Shown here: in pieces, positions 18,680 through 28,147 of the stretch
How the letters are laid out: each line of letters opens with the position of its first letter
Position numbering within the stretch: position 1 is the first letter of the stretch
Assembly: GCA_046290465.1 (NCBI GenBank)
Contig: JBKAGP010000001.1
Location: 3,104,001 to 3,168,000, forward strand
Direction of reading: 5' to 3'
Source of the DNA: Planctomycetota bacterium
GTDB taxonomy: Bacteria; Planctomycetota; UBA1135; UBA2386
DNA: 64,000 nt
Program-made: the position numbers and the translations under genes
Notes under the pieces: model-generated
What the model saw: the letters and a program-made list of their open reading frames with translations, nothing else
Told to the model about the DNA's origin: nothing
Database searches by the model: none

Positions 18680-21298
18680 TCACTTCGCGACGAAGTTCAC
18701 CAGCTTGTTGGGCACGAAGATCTCCTTGACCACGTTCTTGCCCTCGAGCCACTTCGCCGCGGCCTCGCGCGCCGCCGCCAGCGCGTCGTCCTTGGCGCAG
18801 CCGTTCGGCAGCTTGACGCGCGCGCGCACCTTGCCGAGCACCTGCACGACCACCTCGACTTCGTCGTCGACCAGCAGCTTCTCGTCGACGCCCGGCCACC
18901 TGGCATGGCTCAGCGAACCCTCGCCGCCGAGGCGCTGCCACAGCTCCTCGCCCAGGTGCGGCGCGAACGGCTGCAGGATCTGCACGAACCGCAGCAGCTG
19001 GTCGCGCGACAGCTTGTCGACGTTCTTGGTCGCCTCGTTGACGAAGATCATCATCGCCGCGATCGCCGTGTTGAACGCCATGCGCTCGATGTCGCCGGTG
19101 ACCTTGTGCACCGTGCGGTGCAGCTGCTTCTCGAGGTCCGCGTCGCCGTCGCGATTGGTCGCCAGCCACGCGTGCACCTGGCCCTTCTCGGCGAACTCCG
19201 GCACACACAGGCGCCAGACCCGCTGCAGGAAGCGATGCACGCCGGGCACGTCCTTCGGGTTCCACGGCTTGCTGTCCGCGAGCGGCCCCATGTACATCTC
19301 GTAGAGCCGCAGCGTGTCGGCGCCGAACTCCGACACCACGTCGTCCGGGTTGACGACGTTGCCGTAGCGCTTCGACATCTTGGTGACCGTCTGCGTCAGC
19401 TTCTCGCCGGTCTCGGCATGCACGACGTCGTCGCCGTCGACCCTGGTATTGGCCGTCGGCACGATCGCGCCGCGAGCGTCCTGATAGGCGAACGCCTGGA
19501 TCATGCCCTGGTTGTAGAGCTTGTGGAACGGCTCGACGCACGACACGTGGCCCTCGTCATGCAGCACCTTGGTCCAGAAGCGCGAATACAGCAGGTGGCC
19601 GACCGCGTGCTCGGTGCCGCCGACGTAGAGGTCGACCGGCAGCCAGTAGTCGCTCGCCGCCTTGCTGCAGAACTCCTGGTCGTTCTTCGGATCGCAGAAC
19701 CGCAGGAAGTACCAGCTCGAGCCGGCAGCCCCCGGCATCGTGTTGATCTCACGCTTCGCCGGCCGCCCTTGCGCGTCGGTCGTGTCGACCCAGTCGGTCG
19801 CACGGATCAGCGGCGACTCCGGCTGCCCGCCCGGCTTGAAGTCGTCCATGTCCGGCAGCGTCACCGGCAACTGGTCGTCGGCGACCAGCGCGACGCCGTC
19901 GTCGGTGTGCAGCACCGGGAACGGCTCACCCCAGTAGCGCTGACGGCTGAACAGCCAGTCGCGGATCTTGTAGGTGATCTTGGCCTCGCCGCGCCCCTCG
20001 GCCACCAGCCAGTCGATGATCGCGCGCTTGCCGTCGGCCATCGACAGGCCGGCCAGCGCGATCTTGCCGTCGTGCGTCCGGCAGTGCTCGGCATACGGCA
20101 CCTCGTCGGTGCAGACCTCGTCGCCCGCCGCGATGCGCGCGTCGCGTTCGGCGTCGTCGCTGCTCGGCGCGAAGATGCCCGGGATCTCGATCTCGAACTT
20201 CTGCGCAAACTCGAAGTCGCGCTCGTCGCCGGCGGGCACCGCCATGATCGCGCCGGTGCCGTAGCTGACGATCACGTAGTCGGCGATCCAGATCGGGATG
20301 CGGCCCTTGGGGTCGTCCTCGGCGAACAGCGGGTTGTGCGCGTAGGCGCCGGTCCAGACACCGCTCTTGTCCTTGGCCAGATCGGTGCGCTCGAGTTCGC
20401 TCTTGGCCGCCGCGGCCTTGACGTAGTCGTCGACGGCCTGCCGCTGCCCCTCGGTCGTGATCTTCGCGACCAGCGCGTGCTCGGGTGCCAGCACCATGAA
20501 CGACGCGCCGAACAGCGTGTCCGGTCGCGTCGTGAACACGCGCAGGCGCTCGTCATGGCCGTCGACGTCGAACTCGATCTCGGCGCCTTCGCTCTTGCCG
20601 ATCCACTCGCGCTGCATCGTCTTGAGCGACTCGGACCAGTCCAGGCCGTCGAGATCCTGCAGCAGGCGCTCGGCGTACTCGGTGATCTTGAGCACCCACT
20701 GGCGCAGCGGCCGACGCTCGCACGGGTGGTCGCCGCGTTCGCTGCGGCCGTTGATGACCTCGTCGTTGGCGAGCACCGTGCCGAGCGCTTCACACCACCA
20801 GACCGGCGCGCTGGACTCGTAGGCGAGGCCGCGCTCGTGCAGCTTCTTGAAGATCCACTGCGTCCACTTGAAGTAGTCGGGATCGCATGTGCCGACCTCG
20901 CGATCCCAGTCGTAGCTGAAGCCGAGCGTCTGCAGCTGACGCCGGAACGTCTCGATGTTCGCGGCCGTGGTCTTCGACGGGTGCGTGTTGGTCTGGATCG
21001 CGTACTGCTCGGCCGGCAGGCCAAACGCGTCCCACCCCATCGGGTGCAGCACGTTGTGGCCGGTCGCCCGCTTGTAGCGCGACACGATGTCGGTCGCGGT
21101 GTAGCCCTCGGGGTGGCCGACGTGCAGGCCGGCCGCCGACGGATACGGAAACATGTCGAGCGCGTAGAACTTCGGCTGCTGCGGGTCGAAGTCCGGGTCA
21201 CCCGGGTTCTTGGCGCGGAACGTCTTGTTCTCGCTCCAGAACTGCTGCCACTTGGGTTCGATGGCGGCCGGGTCGTACGTCTGCTTCTGCTCGGTCAT
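18680..21298 (-). CDS. leuS: Leucine--tRNA ligase
   Basis: LDMFPYPSAAGLHVGH (HIGH), FTTRPDT editing motif, GTGAIMAVPAGDERD, DWLFSRQRYWG, KMSKR. Confidence 0.98.
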   Translation of the reverse strand: MTEQKQTYDPAAIEPKWQQFWSENKTFRAKNPGDPDFDPQQPKFYALDMFPYPSAAGLHVGHPEGYTATDIVSRYKRATGHNVLHPMGWDAFGLPAEQYAIQTNTHPSKTTAANIETFRRQLQTLGFSYDWDREVGTCDPDYFKWTQWIFKKLHERGLAYESSAPVWWCEALGTVLANDEVINGRSERGDHPCERRPLRQWVLKITEYAERLLQDLDGLDWSESLKTMQREWIGKSEGAEIEFDVDGHDERLRVFTTRPDTLFGASFMVLAPEHALVAKITTEGQRQAVDDYVKAAAAKSELERTDLAKDKSGVWTGAYAHNPLFAEDDPKGRIPIWIADYVIVSYGTGAIMAVPAGDERDFEFAQKFEIEIPGIFAPSSDDAERDARIAAGDEVCTDEVPYAEHCRTHDGKIALAGLSMADGKRAIIDWLVAEGRGEAKITYKIRDWLFSRQRYWGEPFPVLHTDDGVALVADDQLPVTLPDMDDFKPGGQPESPLIRATDWVDTTDAQGRPAKREINTMPGAAGSSWYFLRFCDPKNDQEFCSKAASDYWLPVDLYVGGTEHAVGHLLYSRFWTKVLHDEGHVSCVEPFHKLYNQGMIQAFAYQDARGAIVPTANTRVDGDDVVHAETGEKLTQTVTKMSKRYGNVVNPDDVVSEFGADTLRLYEMYMGPLADSKPWNPKDVPGVHRFLQRVWRLCVPEFAEKGQVHAWLATNRDGDADLEKQLHRTVHKVTGDIERMAFNTAIAAMMIFVNEATKNVDKLSRDQLLRFVQILQPFAPHLGEELWQRLGGEGSLSHARWPGVDEKLLVDDEVEVVVQVLGKVRARVKLPNGCAKDDALAAAREAAAKWLEGKNVVKEIFVPNKLVNFVAK

Positions 21299-21381
21299 GG
21301 CTGTCTGAGGGCGAAGCAGTATGCCGGGCGCGGCGGAGCTGCGCATGCGCGAATCGGGCGATGTCGCCCGTCGGCGCGCCG

Positions 21382-21467
21382 CTAGGAGCGCGTCCATGTA
21401 GTGGACGCGCTGCCAACCGTGATCGCGGAAGCGGCGTGTACGCCGGCGGACGGGGCTTTGCCCGCTA
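21382..21467. repeat. Third, inverted copy of the 83-bp family A element
   Basis: Reverse complement of the 1342-1428 unit with about 3 internal mismatches; its CTA end forms the TAG stop of the FG-GAP gene. Confidence 0.95.
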
Positions 21468-22595
21468 CTGCCGCAGCACCTGGACCACGCCGACGAACTG
21501 CGGCCGGGCCACCCGCCGGTGCCGCTCCGACAACCGCTCGTTCAGCTCGCGCGGCGCCCTGGCCCATTCCTGCAGCTCCTCGCGCCACTGCTGGCGGCGC
21601 GCCATCGCGTCCGGATCGTCGAGCGGCGGCCGGGTGCGGTTGAGTTCGGTCAGCAAGTCGTGCACGACGTCGAGCATCCGCCTGGCGGCACGCAGCTGCT
21701 GGCGTTCGGCAGCGAGCACGGCGTCGGACAGCTCGAGCTTGGGGACGCGCCGGTGGTTGCCGAGCAGCACATCGGGACGGCCGTCACCGTCCCAGTCGGC
21801 AGCCGCGATCCGCAGCGGCACGTTGGGCGCGTCGAGTTCGGCGACGCGACGCGGCTGCAGGCGGCCGCCATCACGCTGCAGAACGTGCACGCCGTCGCGG
21901 TCCTGCGTCAGCAGATCGAGGTCGCCATCGCCGTCCCAGTCGACCGCCGCAAAGCCGCGGCTGGTCGCGCCGATCCGCACCGCCTCGGCCTGAAAGCCGC
22001 CGGCGACGCCGCGGTGCAGCACCAGCGCGGGGGTCGAGACGAGCAGGTCGCGCACGCCGTCGCCGTCCCAGTCGAGCAGTTCGACGGCGCCGCGCGAGCC
22101 GTCGCGGGGCAGCGACCGGCCGTCGGGCGCGCGCAGTTCGGTGCGGGTTGCAAAGCTGCCGGCGCCGTCATTGGCAAACCACACCGGCAGCGCGTTGACG
22201 CCGATGCCGCCGAGGCCGGCGCACAGCGTCAGCAGGTCGAGGTCGCCGTCGCGGTCGACGTCGACGAGCCGCGGCTCGCAGGCGTTCTCGCAGGTGGGGC
22301 CGGCCTCGATGCTGAGCGGGCGCGCCGCTGCGAATCGTCGCGGCTGCCGCGACAGGCCGCGACGGAGGTCGAAGCGGCCGTTGCGCCCGACCACCAGGTC
22401 CTCGATCCCGTCGCCGTCGACGTCGCCGAGCGCGACCGAGATGCGGTAGTCGTCGCCGACGTCGATCGCGGTCGGGGTCGATACCGTTGGGGATTGGCCC
22501 GTCGGGGTTTGGCCCTTCGGCGTTTGGGCCGTCGCGGTCGGCGCGATGGCGATGGCGAACAGGCAGACGGGTGCGGTCCAGGCGGGCCGGTTCAT
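21465..22595 (-). CDS. Secreted FG-GAP/VCBS repeat protein
   Basis: Signal peptide; five D.DGDG..DL repeats. Confidence 0.88.
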   Translation of the reverse strand: MNRPAWTAPVCLFAIAIAPTATAQTPKGQTPTGQSPTVSTPTAIDVGDDYRISVALGDVDGDGIEDLVVGRNGRFDLRRGLSRQPRRFAAARPLSIEAGPTCENACEPRLVDVDRDGDLDLLTLCAGLGGIGVNALPVWFANDGAGSFATRTELRAPDGRSLPRDGSRGAVELLDWDGDGVRDLLVSTPALVLHRGVAGGFQAEAVRIGATSRGFAAVDWDGDGDLDLLTQDRDGVHVLQRDGGRLQPRRVAELDAPNVPLRIAAADWDGDGRPDVLLGNHRRVPKLELSDAVLAAERQQLRAARRMLDVVHDLLTELNRTRPPLDDPDAMARRQQWREELQEWARAPRELNERLSERHRRVARPQFVGVVQVLRQ

Positions 22596-22695
22596 GAGAC
22601 GTTCCTTCCAAGGATGAGGCCGGCCCCGAACGGATCGGGACCCGCGGATCGGGGACGCGGCCGGAACGCGACGCGCCCCGCGGAACTCCGCGATC

Positions 22696-23247
22696 CTACA
22701 GCCAACCGTTCGCGACGGCTTCGCCGACGATCGAACGCACGGTGTCCTCGACCATTCCGGTCATGCCGACCCCGGCGAACGGCAGGGCGAACACGAACAC
22801 CCAGCCGACCCACGTCGAGATCTCGACGTGGCGGTCGATCGCGCCGAGTCGCGTGCCGTTCGCGTCGAGCACGACCGCATGCACGTCGAACTCGTGGTGG
22901 GCCCGCGCCGGCAGCACGCCGAGCGTCAGCGCGCACATCACCATGAACGTGCGGGTCGTCGGCAGCGACTGGCGCTGGTGCTGGATCTCCAGGCGCAGGG
23001 TCCGCTGGGCCGTCTCGGCCTCCGGCGCGGCGACGAACGCAAACCTGCCCGACTCCGTCAACGTGCGCCGGATGACCTGCTGCCAGCCGCGGTCGAACTT
23101 GTCGGGCAGCCCCTGGACCGAGACCGCGAGGCCGTGCGACGGCTCGACGGTCGCGGGCGGCCACGCGTCGAGATACGGCAGTTCGCCGGATTCGAACGAG
23201 GCACAGGCCGGGAGCAGGCAGAGCAACCACAGGGTTATGCTTCGCAT
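22696..23247 (-). CDS. Hypothetical lipoprotein with TM segments
   Basis: MRSITLWLLCLLPAC lipobox-like; hydrophobic LTLGVLP and WVGWVFVF. Confidence 0.7.
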   Translation of the reverse strand: MRSITLWLLCLLPACASFESGELPYLDAWPPATVEPSHGLAVSVQGLPDKFDRGWQQVIRRTLTESGRFAFVAAPEAETAQRTLRLEIQHQRQSLPTTRTFMVMCALTLGVLPARAHHEFDVHAVVLDANGTRLGAIDRHVEISTWVGWVFVFALPFAGVGMTGMVEDTVRSIVGEAVANGWL

Positions 23248-23272
23248 GTCGAATACCTCACAACACAAACCG

Positions 23273-23980
23273 ATGGAACAACGACACATGGAGACCGAGA
23301 TCACGAAGGTCCGGCGAATGCTGAAGCTGTCGCTGATTGGAATCGTCCTAGCTTGGGCAACCTGCCTTCCGCTGACCAACTATCTCGCCACCGAACCGGG
23401 GCAGGTTGGCGACACTTTCGGTTCTGTCAACTCTCTCTTCACGGGTCTGGCATTAGCCGGCGTCGTAGCCGCCATCGGCTTCCAGTCAGTCGAGCTACGC
23501 GCTCTCCGAAGGTCCCAGAAGGATGCCGAGCAAGCTCAAGCAGACGCTCACAGGCTCCTCACCTCCATGGCCGAAGCCATGGTTCACGCGAAAGAAGCAG
23601 ACGTCCTGATGCACTGCAATCATCGCTACGCCGACGTTTGGGCATCTCAATTCCAGCCGAACTCGGCACAGGGCTACTGGGACCGCTTCCTGAACTTGCA
23701 GTTCGATCAGTTCACGCACTATCGAGCCGGGCTGATTCCCGACATCGTCTGGCACTATTGGATCAAGTGCCGCTACCAGGACTACCGCAACGAGAACTTC
23801 AAGGTCAACGACATGACGTATCGCCAAGCCTGGGAACAAGCGGAGCAAAGGTGGACCGACTCCGACTTCCTACGCTACTTCCGCATCGTTCACGAGAACG
23901 AAGACCCTGAAGCGGTCGACCGCCAAGCTAGCCAGCTGATCGGGCCGCGACTTGCCCGGTTGGCGATGCGCACGTTCTAG
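23273..23980 (+). CDS. Membrane protein with putative abortive-infection-family-like N-terminus; atypical composition
   Basis: GQVGDTFGSVNSLFTGLALAGV...Q..EL motif; visibly lower GC. Start may be 23288. Confidence 0.6.
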   Translation: MEQRHMETEITKVRRMLKLSLIGIVLAWATCLPLTNYLATEPGQVGDTFGSVNSLFTGLALAGVVAAIGFQSVELRALRRSQKDAEQAQADAHRLLTSMAEAMVHAKEADVLMHCNHRYADVWASQFQPNSAQGYWDRFLNLQFDQFTHYRAGLIPDIVWHYWIKCRYQDYRNENFKVNDMTYRQAWEQAEQRWTDSDFLRYFRIVHENEDPEAVDRQASQLIGPRLARLAMRTF

Positions 23981-24020
23981 GCAACTCGCAATCGCCGCCA
24001 CCGCCCGCGAAACTGGCCGC

Positions 24021-24311
24021 ATGCGCTTCCCGAACGACACGGCCTTCCACATGAAGATGGCCGCGCTGGTGATCGTCTCGCTGTTCGTCGAACACAACGC
24101 GAAGTCGTGGCTGCCCAACTGGTCGTCGCCGCAGATCGGCGTGATCACGTTCGTGCTCGGGCTCGCCTGGGTGACGCTGTTCGCGGCGCACCACGCGCAG
24201 GCGATGCAGGAGCGCATCCGCGTGCTCGAGGACAAGCTCGAGCGCACCAACCAGCTGGCCGAGATGCTCGCCGACGAGACCCGCGGTCGCCGTTCGCTGC
24301 CGCCGATGTGA
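24021..24311 (+). CDS. Small membrane protein with coiled coil
   Basis: Two hydrophobic segments then QERIRVLEDKL. Confidence 0.55.
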   Translation: MRFPNDTAFHMKMAALVIVSLFVEHNAKSWLPNWSSPQIGVITFVLGLAWVTLFAAHHAQAMQERIRVLEDKLERTNQLAEMLADETRGRRSLPPM

Positions 24312-24313
24312 TC

Positions 24314-24357
24314 GGTCCGTTCGGTAGGATTTCGTCCCGGAACCAGACTTACGGACC
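24314..24357. repeat. Intergenic repeat family C (44 bp)
   Basis: Inverted near-copy at 34610-34653 sharing tttcgtcccggaaccagacttacgga; this copy has GGTCCGT/ACGGACC ends. Confidence 0.85.
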
Positions 24358-24396
24358 GCAACCAGTCCTTTCGACCGAACCAGATGTTCCGACCGG

Positions 24397-25257
24397 TCAG
24401 GCAGTCGGGAGGAGCGTGGTCAGGAAGTCGGCGAAGCGCTGGGGGGCGCCGTCGCCATGGAGCACGAACAGTTCGGGTTCGATCAGTTCGACCTCCATCA
24501 GGATGGCGCCGCGCTCGGTCGGCACCAGGTCGATGCGCGCGTAGTCGGCGGGCTCGGGCAGCAGCCGCAGCACGTCGCGCGCCACCTGCAGGTGATCGGC
24601 GGTCGGTTCGAACGGGGCGGTCGTACCGCCGTGCTCGGCGTGGATCAGGATCGAGCCCTGCCTGGCGCGCTTGATGGCGGCGTGGGAGAACGTGTCGCCG
24701 ACGAACGTCAGCGATGCCTCGCCGACCGTGCGGATCTCCGGCACCAGCGGCTGCACCAGGCCGTCGCAGCCGAGCCTGCCCGCCGCGGCGGCGAGGCCGG
24801 CGGGATCGTCGCGGCGCACGATCGACAGCCCGCTGGCGCCGGCGCCGAACACCGGCTTGACGACCGCCTCGTCGAGGCCGAGCTCGGCCATCGCCGCGTC
24901 GATCTGCTCGGCAGCGGGCGACACCAGCCGCGTCGGTGCGAGCGGCGCGCCGCGCTCGGCGAGATCGAGCAGGTAGGTCTTGCGCGCGTTCCATCGCATC
25001 AGCGACGGCCGGTTGACCACGCGCGCCGCGACGCCCTCGAGTCGATCGAGCCACGCCAGGAACGCGTCGGGCGTCTGCGCGTAGTCCCAGGTCGAACGCA
25101 CCGCGACCAGGTCGCACTGTTCGAACGGCGCGAACGGCCCGTTCCACGGCGCCGCCACCACCTCGACGCCCGACGCCTCGATCGCCGCCGCGATCGGCGC
25201 GTCGTCCGGCTGCAGCGCCGGCATCTCGAGGCAGGTCGCGAACGCGATTCTGGTCAT
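24397..25257 (-). CDS. RimK/glutathione-synthetase-like ATP-grasp protein
   Basis: RSTWDY, WNARKTYL, VVKPVFGAG, YARIDL, MEVELIEPELF. Confidence 0.88.
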   Translation of the reverse strand: MTRIAFATCLEMPALQPDDAPIAAAIEASGVEVVAAPWNGPFAPFEQCDLVAVRSTWDYAQTPDAFLAWLDRLEGVAARVVNRPSLMRWNARKTYLLDLAERGAPLAPTRLVSPAAEQIDAAMAELGLDEAVVKPVFGAGASGLSIVRRDDPAGLAAAAGRLGCDGLVQPLVPEIRTVGEASLTFVGDTFSHAAIKRARQGSILIHAEHGGTTAPFEPTADHLQVARDVLRLLPEPADYARIDLVPTERGAILMEVELIEPELFVLHGDGAPQRFADFLTTLLPTA

Positions 25258-25266
25258 GCTCGCAGG

Positions 25267-25881
25267 CTACCGCACGCCGTGGTAGCGCAGCACGTAGGCA
25301 GGCGGCACGTTGCGCAGCACCGGCCCGATGCGCTCGAAGCCCTCGAAGTGCTCCTCCATGCGCGCGCGGAACCGCCGCGCGGCCTTCATCCGGTAGGCGT
25401 GCACGTACTGGAACGTGCGGAAGTCGCAGTCGCTGTCGCGCAACGCCCAGACCAGTCCGTCGACGACCGAGTCCTGCACCGGCGCCGGCAGGCTCGCGAA
25501 CGGCAGGCCCGAGATGATGCGCGCCGGCCGCGGCAGGTCGCGTTCGGCGAGGATCTGCTGCACGTCGCCGGCCGACCCACAGTGGAACTGCATGCCGGGG
25601 AAGCGCGCCGCCAGCAGGTCACAGAACGACGCCTCGAGCTCGATGCCGAGGTAGCGCGCGCCGAACGGCAGCCGTTCGTGGATGACCGACGTCATCGGGC
25701 CGGTGCCGGGGCCGTATTCGACGACGAGGTCGCCGTCCCCGAGCTGCGACAGGTCGCCGACCAACGCGCGCGACAGGAATCGCGAACTCGGCAGCACCGC
25801 GCCGACCGAGGTCGGGTTCTTCAGGAAGTTGCCGAAGAAGCCGAGCCCGTCGCGCACCGGGCGCTTCTTCGGTGCATCCAT
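25267..25881 (-). CDS. Class I SAM methyltransferase, PmtA/OlsG lipid N-methyltransferase family
   Basis: KNPTSVGAVLPSSRFL, VEYGPGTG, IISGLPF, TFQY, RNVPPA. Confidence 0.85.
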   Translation of the reverse strand: MDAPKKRPVRDGLGFFGNFLKNPTSVGAVLPSSRFLSRALVGDLSQLGDGDLVVEYGPGTGPMTSVIHERLPFGARYLGIELEASFCDLLAARFPGMQFHCGSAGDVQQILAERDLPRPARIISGLPFASLPAPVQDSVVDGLVWALRDSDCDFRTFQYVHAYRMKAARRFRARMEEHFEGFERIGPVLRNVPPAYVLRYHGVR

Positions 25882-25935
25882 CGACGGTTCGATCTCTCGC
25901 GAAGGGTCCAAGCGCACCAGCGTGCCGCCTCCGGC

Positions 25936-26235
25936 TCAGTCCGTCAACGCGTCGCCGACGACCGCGACCTTGCCGGCGCGCACCCGCGCGCAGCAGAGCA
26001 GTCGGCAGTCGTCGCCGACGCCCATGCGATCGAGGGTGCCGCGCTCGTCCTCACCGGCCGGCTCGAGCGCGTCGTCGGCCGCGTCGACGCGGTGCGCGTC
26101 CGTGCCGCACATGCCGCGCGTGCAGCCGGTCATGATCTCGACGCCGGCCATCTCGGCGGCGGCGAGCAACGTGGTGCCGGGCTCCACGAACACGGTCTTG
26201 TCGGCTTCGGCGAAGTGCACCTCGACGAGGTTCAT
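25936..26235 (-). CDS. 2Fe-2S ferredoxin-like protein with a Cys-to-Asp variant motif
   Basis: GTTLLAAAEMAGV, CTRGMCGTD, CRLLCC. Confidence 0.82.
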   Translation of the reverse strand: MNLVEVHFAEADKTVFVEPGTTLLAAAEMAGVEIMTGCTRGMCGTDAHRVDAADDALEPAGEDERGTLDRMGVGDDCRLLCCARVRAGKVAVVGDALTD

Positions 26236-26317
26236 GCCCCAAGGGCTTACGGTCCGCGCCGCCGGGATCAAGCTCGGACTGGCGCAGCAGCGGCCGAGCC
26301 CCCAACATCGCGCCACC

Positions 26318-28147
26318 ATGCAGCTCGAGTTCCTCGACTGGGCGATCATCGCCGGCTACTTCGCCGTTGCCCTCGGCATCGGCGTGTTCTTCTACCGCCG
26401 CGCCGGCTCGAGCTTCGTCGAGTACTTCGCGTCGGGCCGCAGCCTGCCGTGGTGGATCGCCGGCACGTCGATGGTCGCAACCACGTTCGCGGCCGACACC
26501 CCGCTCGCGGTGACCGGCCTGATCGCCAAGCACGGCCTGGCCGGCAACTGGTTCTGGTGGGCGTGGGCGTTCGGCGGGATGTTGACCGTGTTCGTGTTCG
26601 CGCGGCTGTGGCGGCGCGCCGAGGTGCTGACCGACGTCGAACTGATCGAGCTGCGCTACTCCGGCCCCGCCGCGGCGTTCCTGCGCGGGTTCCGCGGCTT
26701 CTACATCGCGGTCGTGATGAACTCGATCGTGATCGGCTGGGTGACCAAGGCGATGGCGCAGGTGCTGCAGCAGACGGTGCTGTTCGACGAGGCGGCGACC
26801 GCGGACCCCGGCGACGGCACCGGCCTGATGCTGATCGCGATCATGCTCGCGATCACCGGCGTCTACTCGATCCTCTCCGGCCTGTGGGGCGTCGCGATCA
26901 CCGACATGATCCAGTTCGTGCTGGCGATGGGCGGCTGCATCGGCCTCGCCGTCGTCGCGATCTCGCACCTCGGCGGCGTCGACGAACTGCAGGTACAGCT
27001 CGCCAAGGTCTACGAAGGCGACGGCGATCCGCTCGCGTTCCTGCCCGACTTCGGCGAGGGCGGCGCCGCGATTCCGCTCGGCATCTTCCTGGTGCTGGTG
27101 TTGTCGCAGTGGTGGGCGACCTGGTATCCGGGCTCCGAGCCCGGCGGCGGCGGCTACATCGTGCAGCGCATGGCCTCGTGCAAGGACGAGGGCCACGCCG
27201 TCAAGGCGACGCTGTTCTTCCAGCTGGCGCACTACTGCCTGCGGCCGTGGCCGTGGATCCTGGTCGCGTTCGTCGCGATCGCGCTGCACCCGGAGCTGCG
27301 CGCCGAAGGCGCCGACGCCGGCGCCGGCTACCCGATGATGATCCGCGAACTGGCCCCCACCGGCCTGCGCGGCCTGCTGCTGGTGACGTTCGCGGCGGCG
27401 TTCATGTCGACGATCTCGACGCAGATGAACTGGGGCGCCAGCTACCTGGTCAACGACGTCTACAAGCGCTTCGTCGCGCCGGACGCCAGCGACCGACAGC
27501 TGATGGTCGCCTCGCGCATCGCCTCGGGCATCGTGCTGCTGCTCGGCGGCGGCGTCGCGTGGTGGATGCTGACCTACGGCATCTCGGTCGACCAGGCGTG
27601 GGCGTTCCTGGCGGCGCTCGGCGCCGGCGTCGGCGCGGTGTTCATCCTGCGCTGGTTCTGGTGGCGCATCAACGTCTGGAGCGAGATCACCGCGATGGTC
27701 GGCTCGCTGCTGCTGTTCGCGATCTTCACGTGGCTGCAGGCGACGCCCGACGGCGCGAGCGAGGCCCGCTGGCCGGCGCTGGCGGCGCTCGCCGACGAGT
27801 ATCGCGCGCTGATCGTCGCCAGCGGCACGCTGGTGCTGTGGCTGCTCGCCACGCTGCTGACCAGGCCGACCGAACCGGAGCACCTGACGGCCTTCTACCG
27901 CAAGGTCCGCCCCGACGGCCCCGGCTGGGGACCGATCGCGGCACGCGCGCCCGAGGTCCGGCCGGACGGCGCGCTCGGCCGCGGCGTGCTCTGCGCCGTG
28001 ATCGGCACCGCGATCGTCTGGCTGTCGCTGCCCGGCGTCGGCGCGCTGATCTTCGGCGACTACCTGCTGGGCGTCACGCTGCTCGCGGCGGCCTTGGCGT
28101 GTGGCTTCGTGCTGCTCAAGCTCGCGCCGCGCAACCTCGCGGCGTGA
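26318..28147 (+). CDS. Sodium:solute symporter family protein
   Basis: YFASGRSLPWWIAGTSMVATTFAADTP, AAFMSTIST; many TM helices. Confidence 0.92.
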   Translation: MQLEFLDWAIIAGYFAVALGIGVFFYRRAGSSFVEYFASGRSLPWWIAGTSMVATTFAADTPLAVTGLIAKHGLAGNWFWWAWAFGGMLTVFVFARLWRRAEVLTDVELIELRYSGPAAAFLRGFRGFYIAVVMNSIVIGWVTKAMAQVLQQTVLFDEAATADPGDGTGLMLIAIMLAITGVYSILSGLWGVAITDMIQFVLAMGGCIGLAVVAISHLGGVDELQVQLAKVYEGDGDPLAFLPDFGEGGAAIPLGIFLVLVLSQWWATWYPGSEPGGGGYIVQRMASCKDEGHAVKATLFFQLAHYCLRPWPWILVAFVAIALHPELRAEGADAGAGYPMMIRELAPTGLRGLLLVTFAAAFMSTISTQMNWGASYLVNDVYKRFVAPDASDRQLMVASRIASGIVLLLGGGVAWWMLTYGISVDQAWAFLAALGAGVGAVFILRWFWWRINVWSEITAMVGSLLLFAIFTWLQATPDGASEARWPALAALADEYRALIVASGTLVLWLLATLLTRPTEPEHLTAFYRKVRPDGPGWGPIAARAPEVRPDGALGRGVLCAVIGTAIVWLSLPGVGALIFGDYLLGVTLLAAALACGFVLLKLAPRNLAA

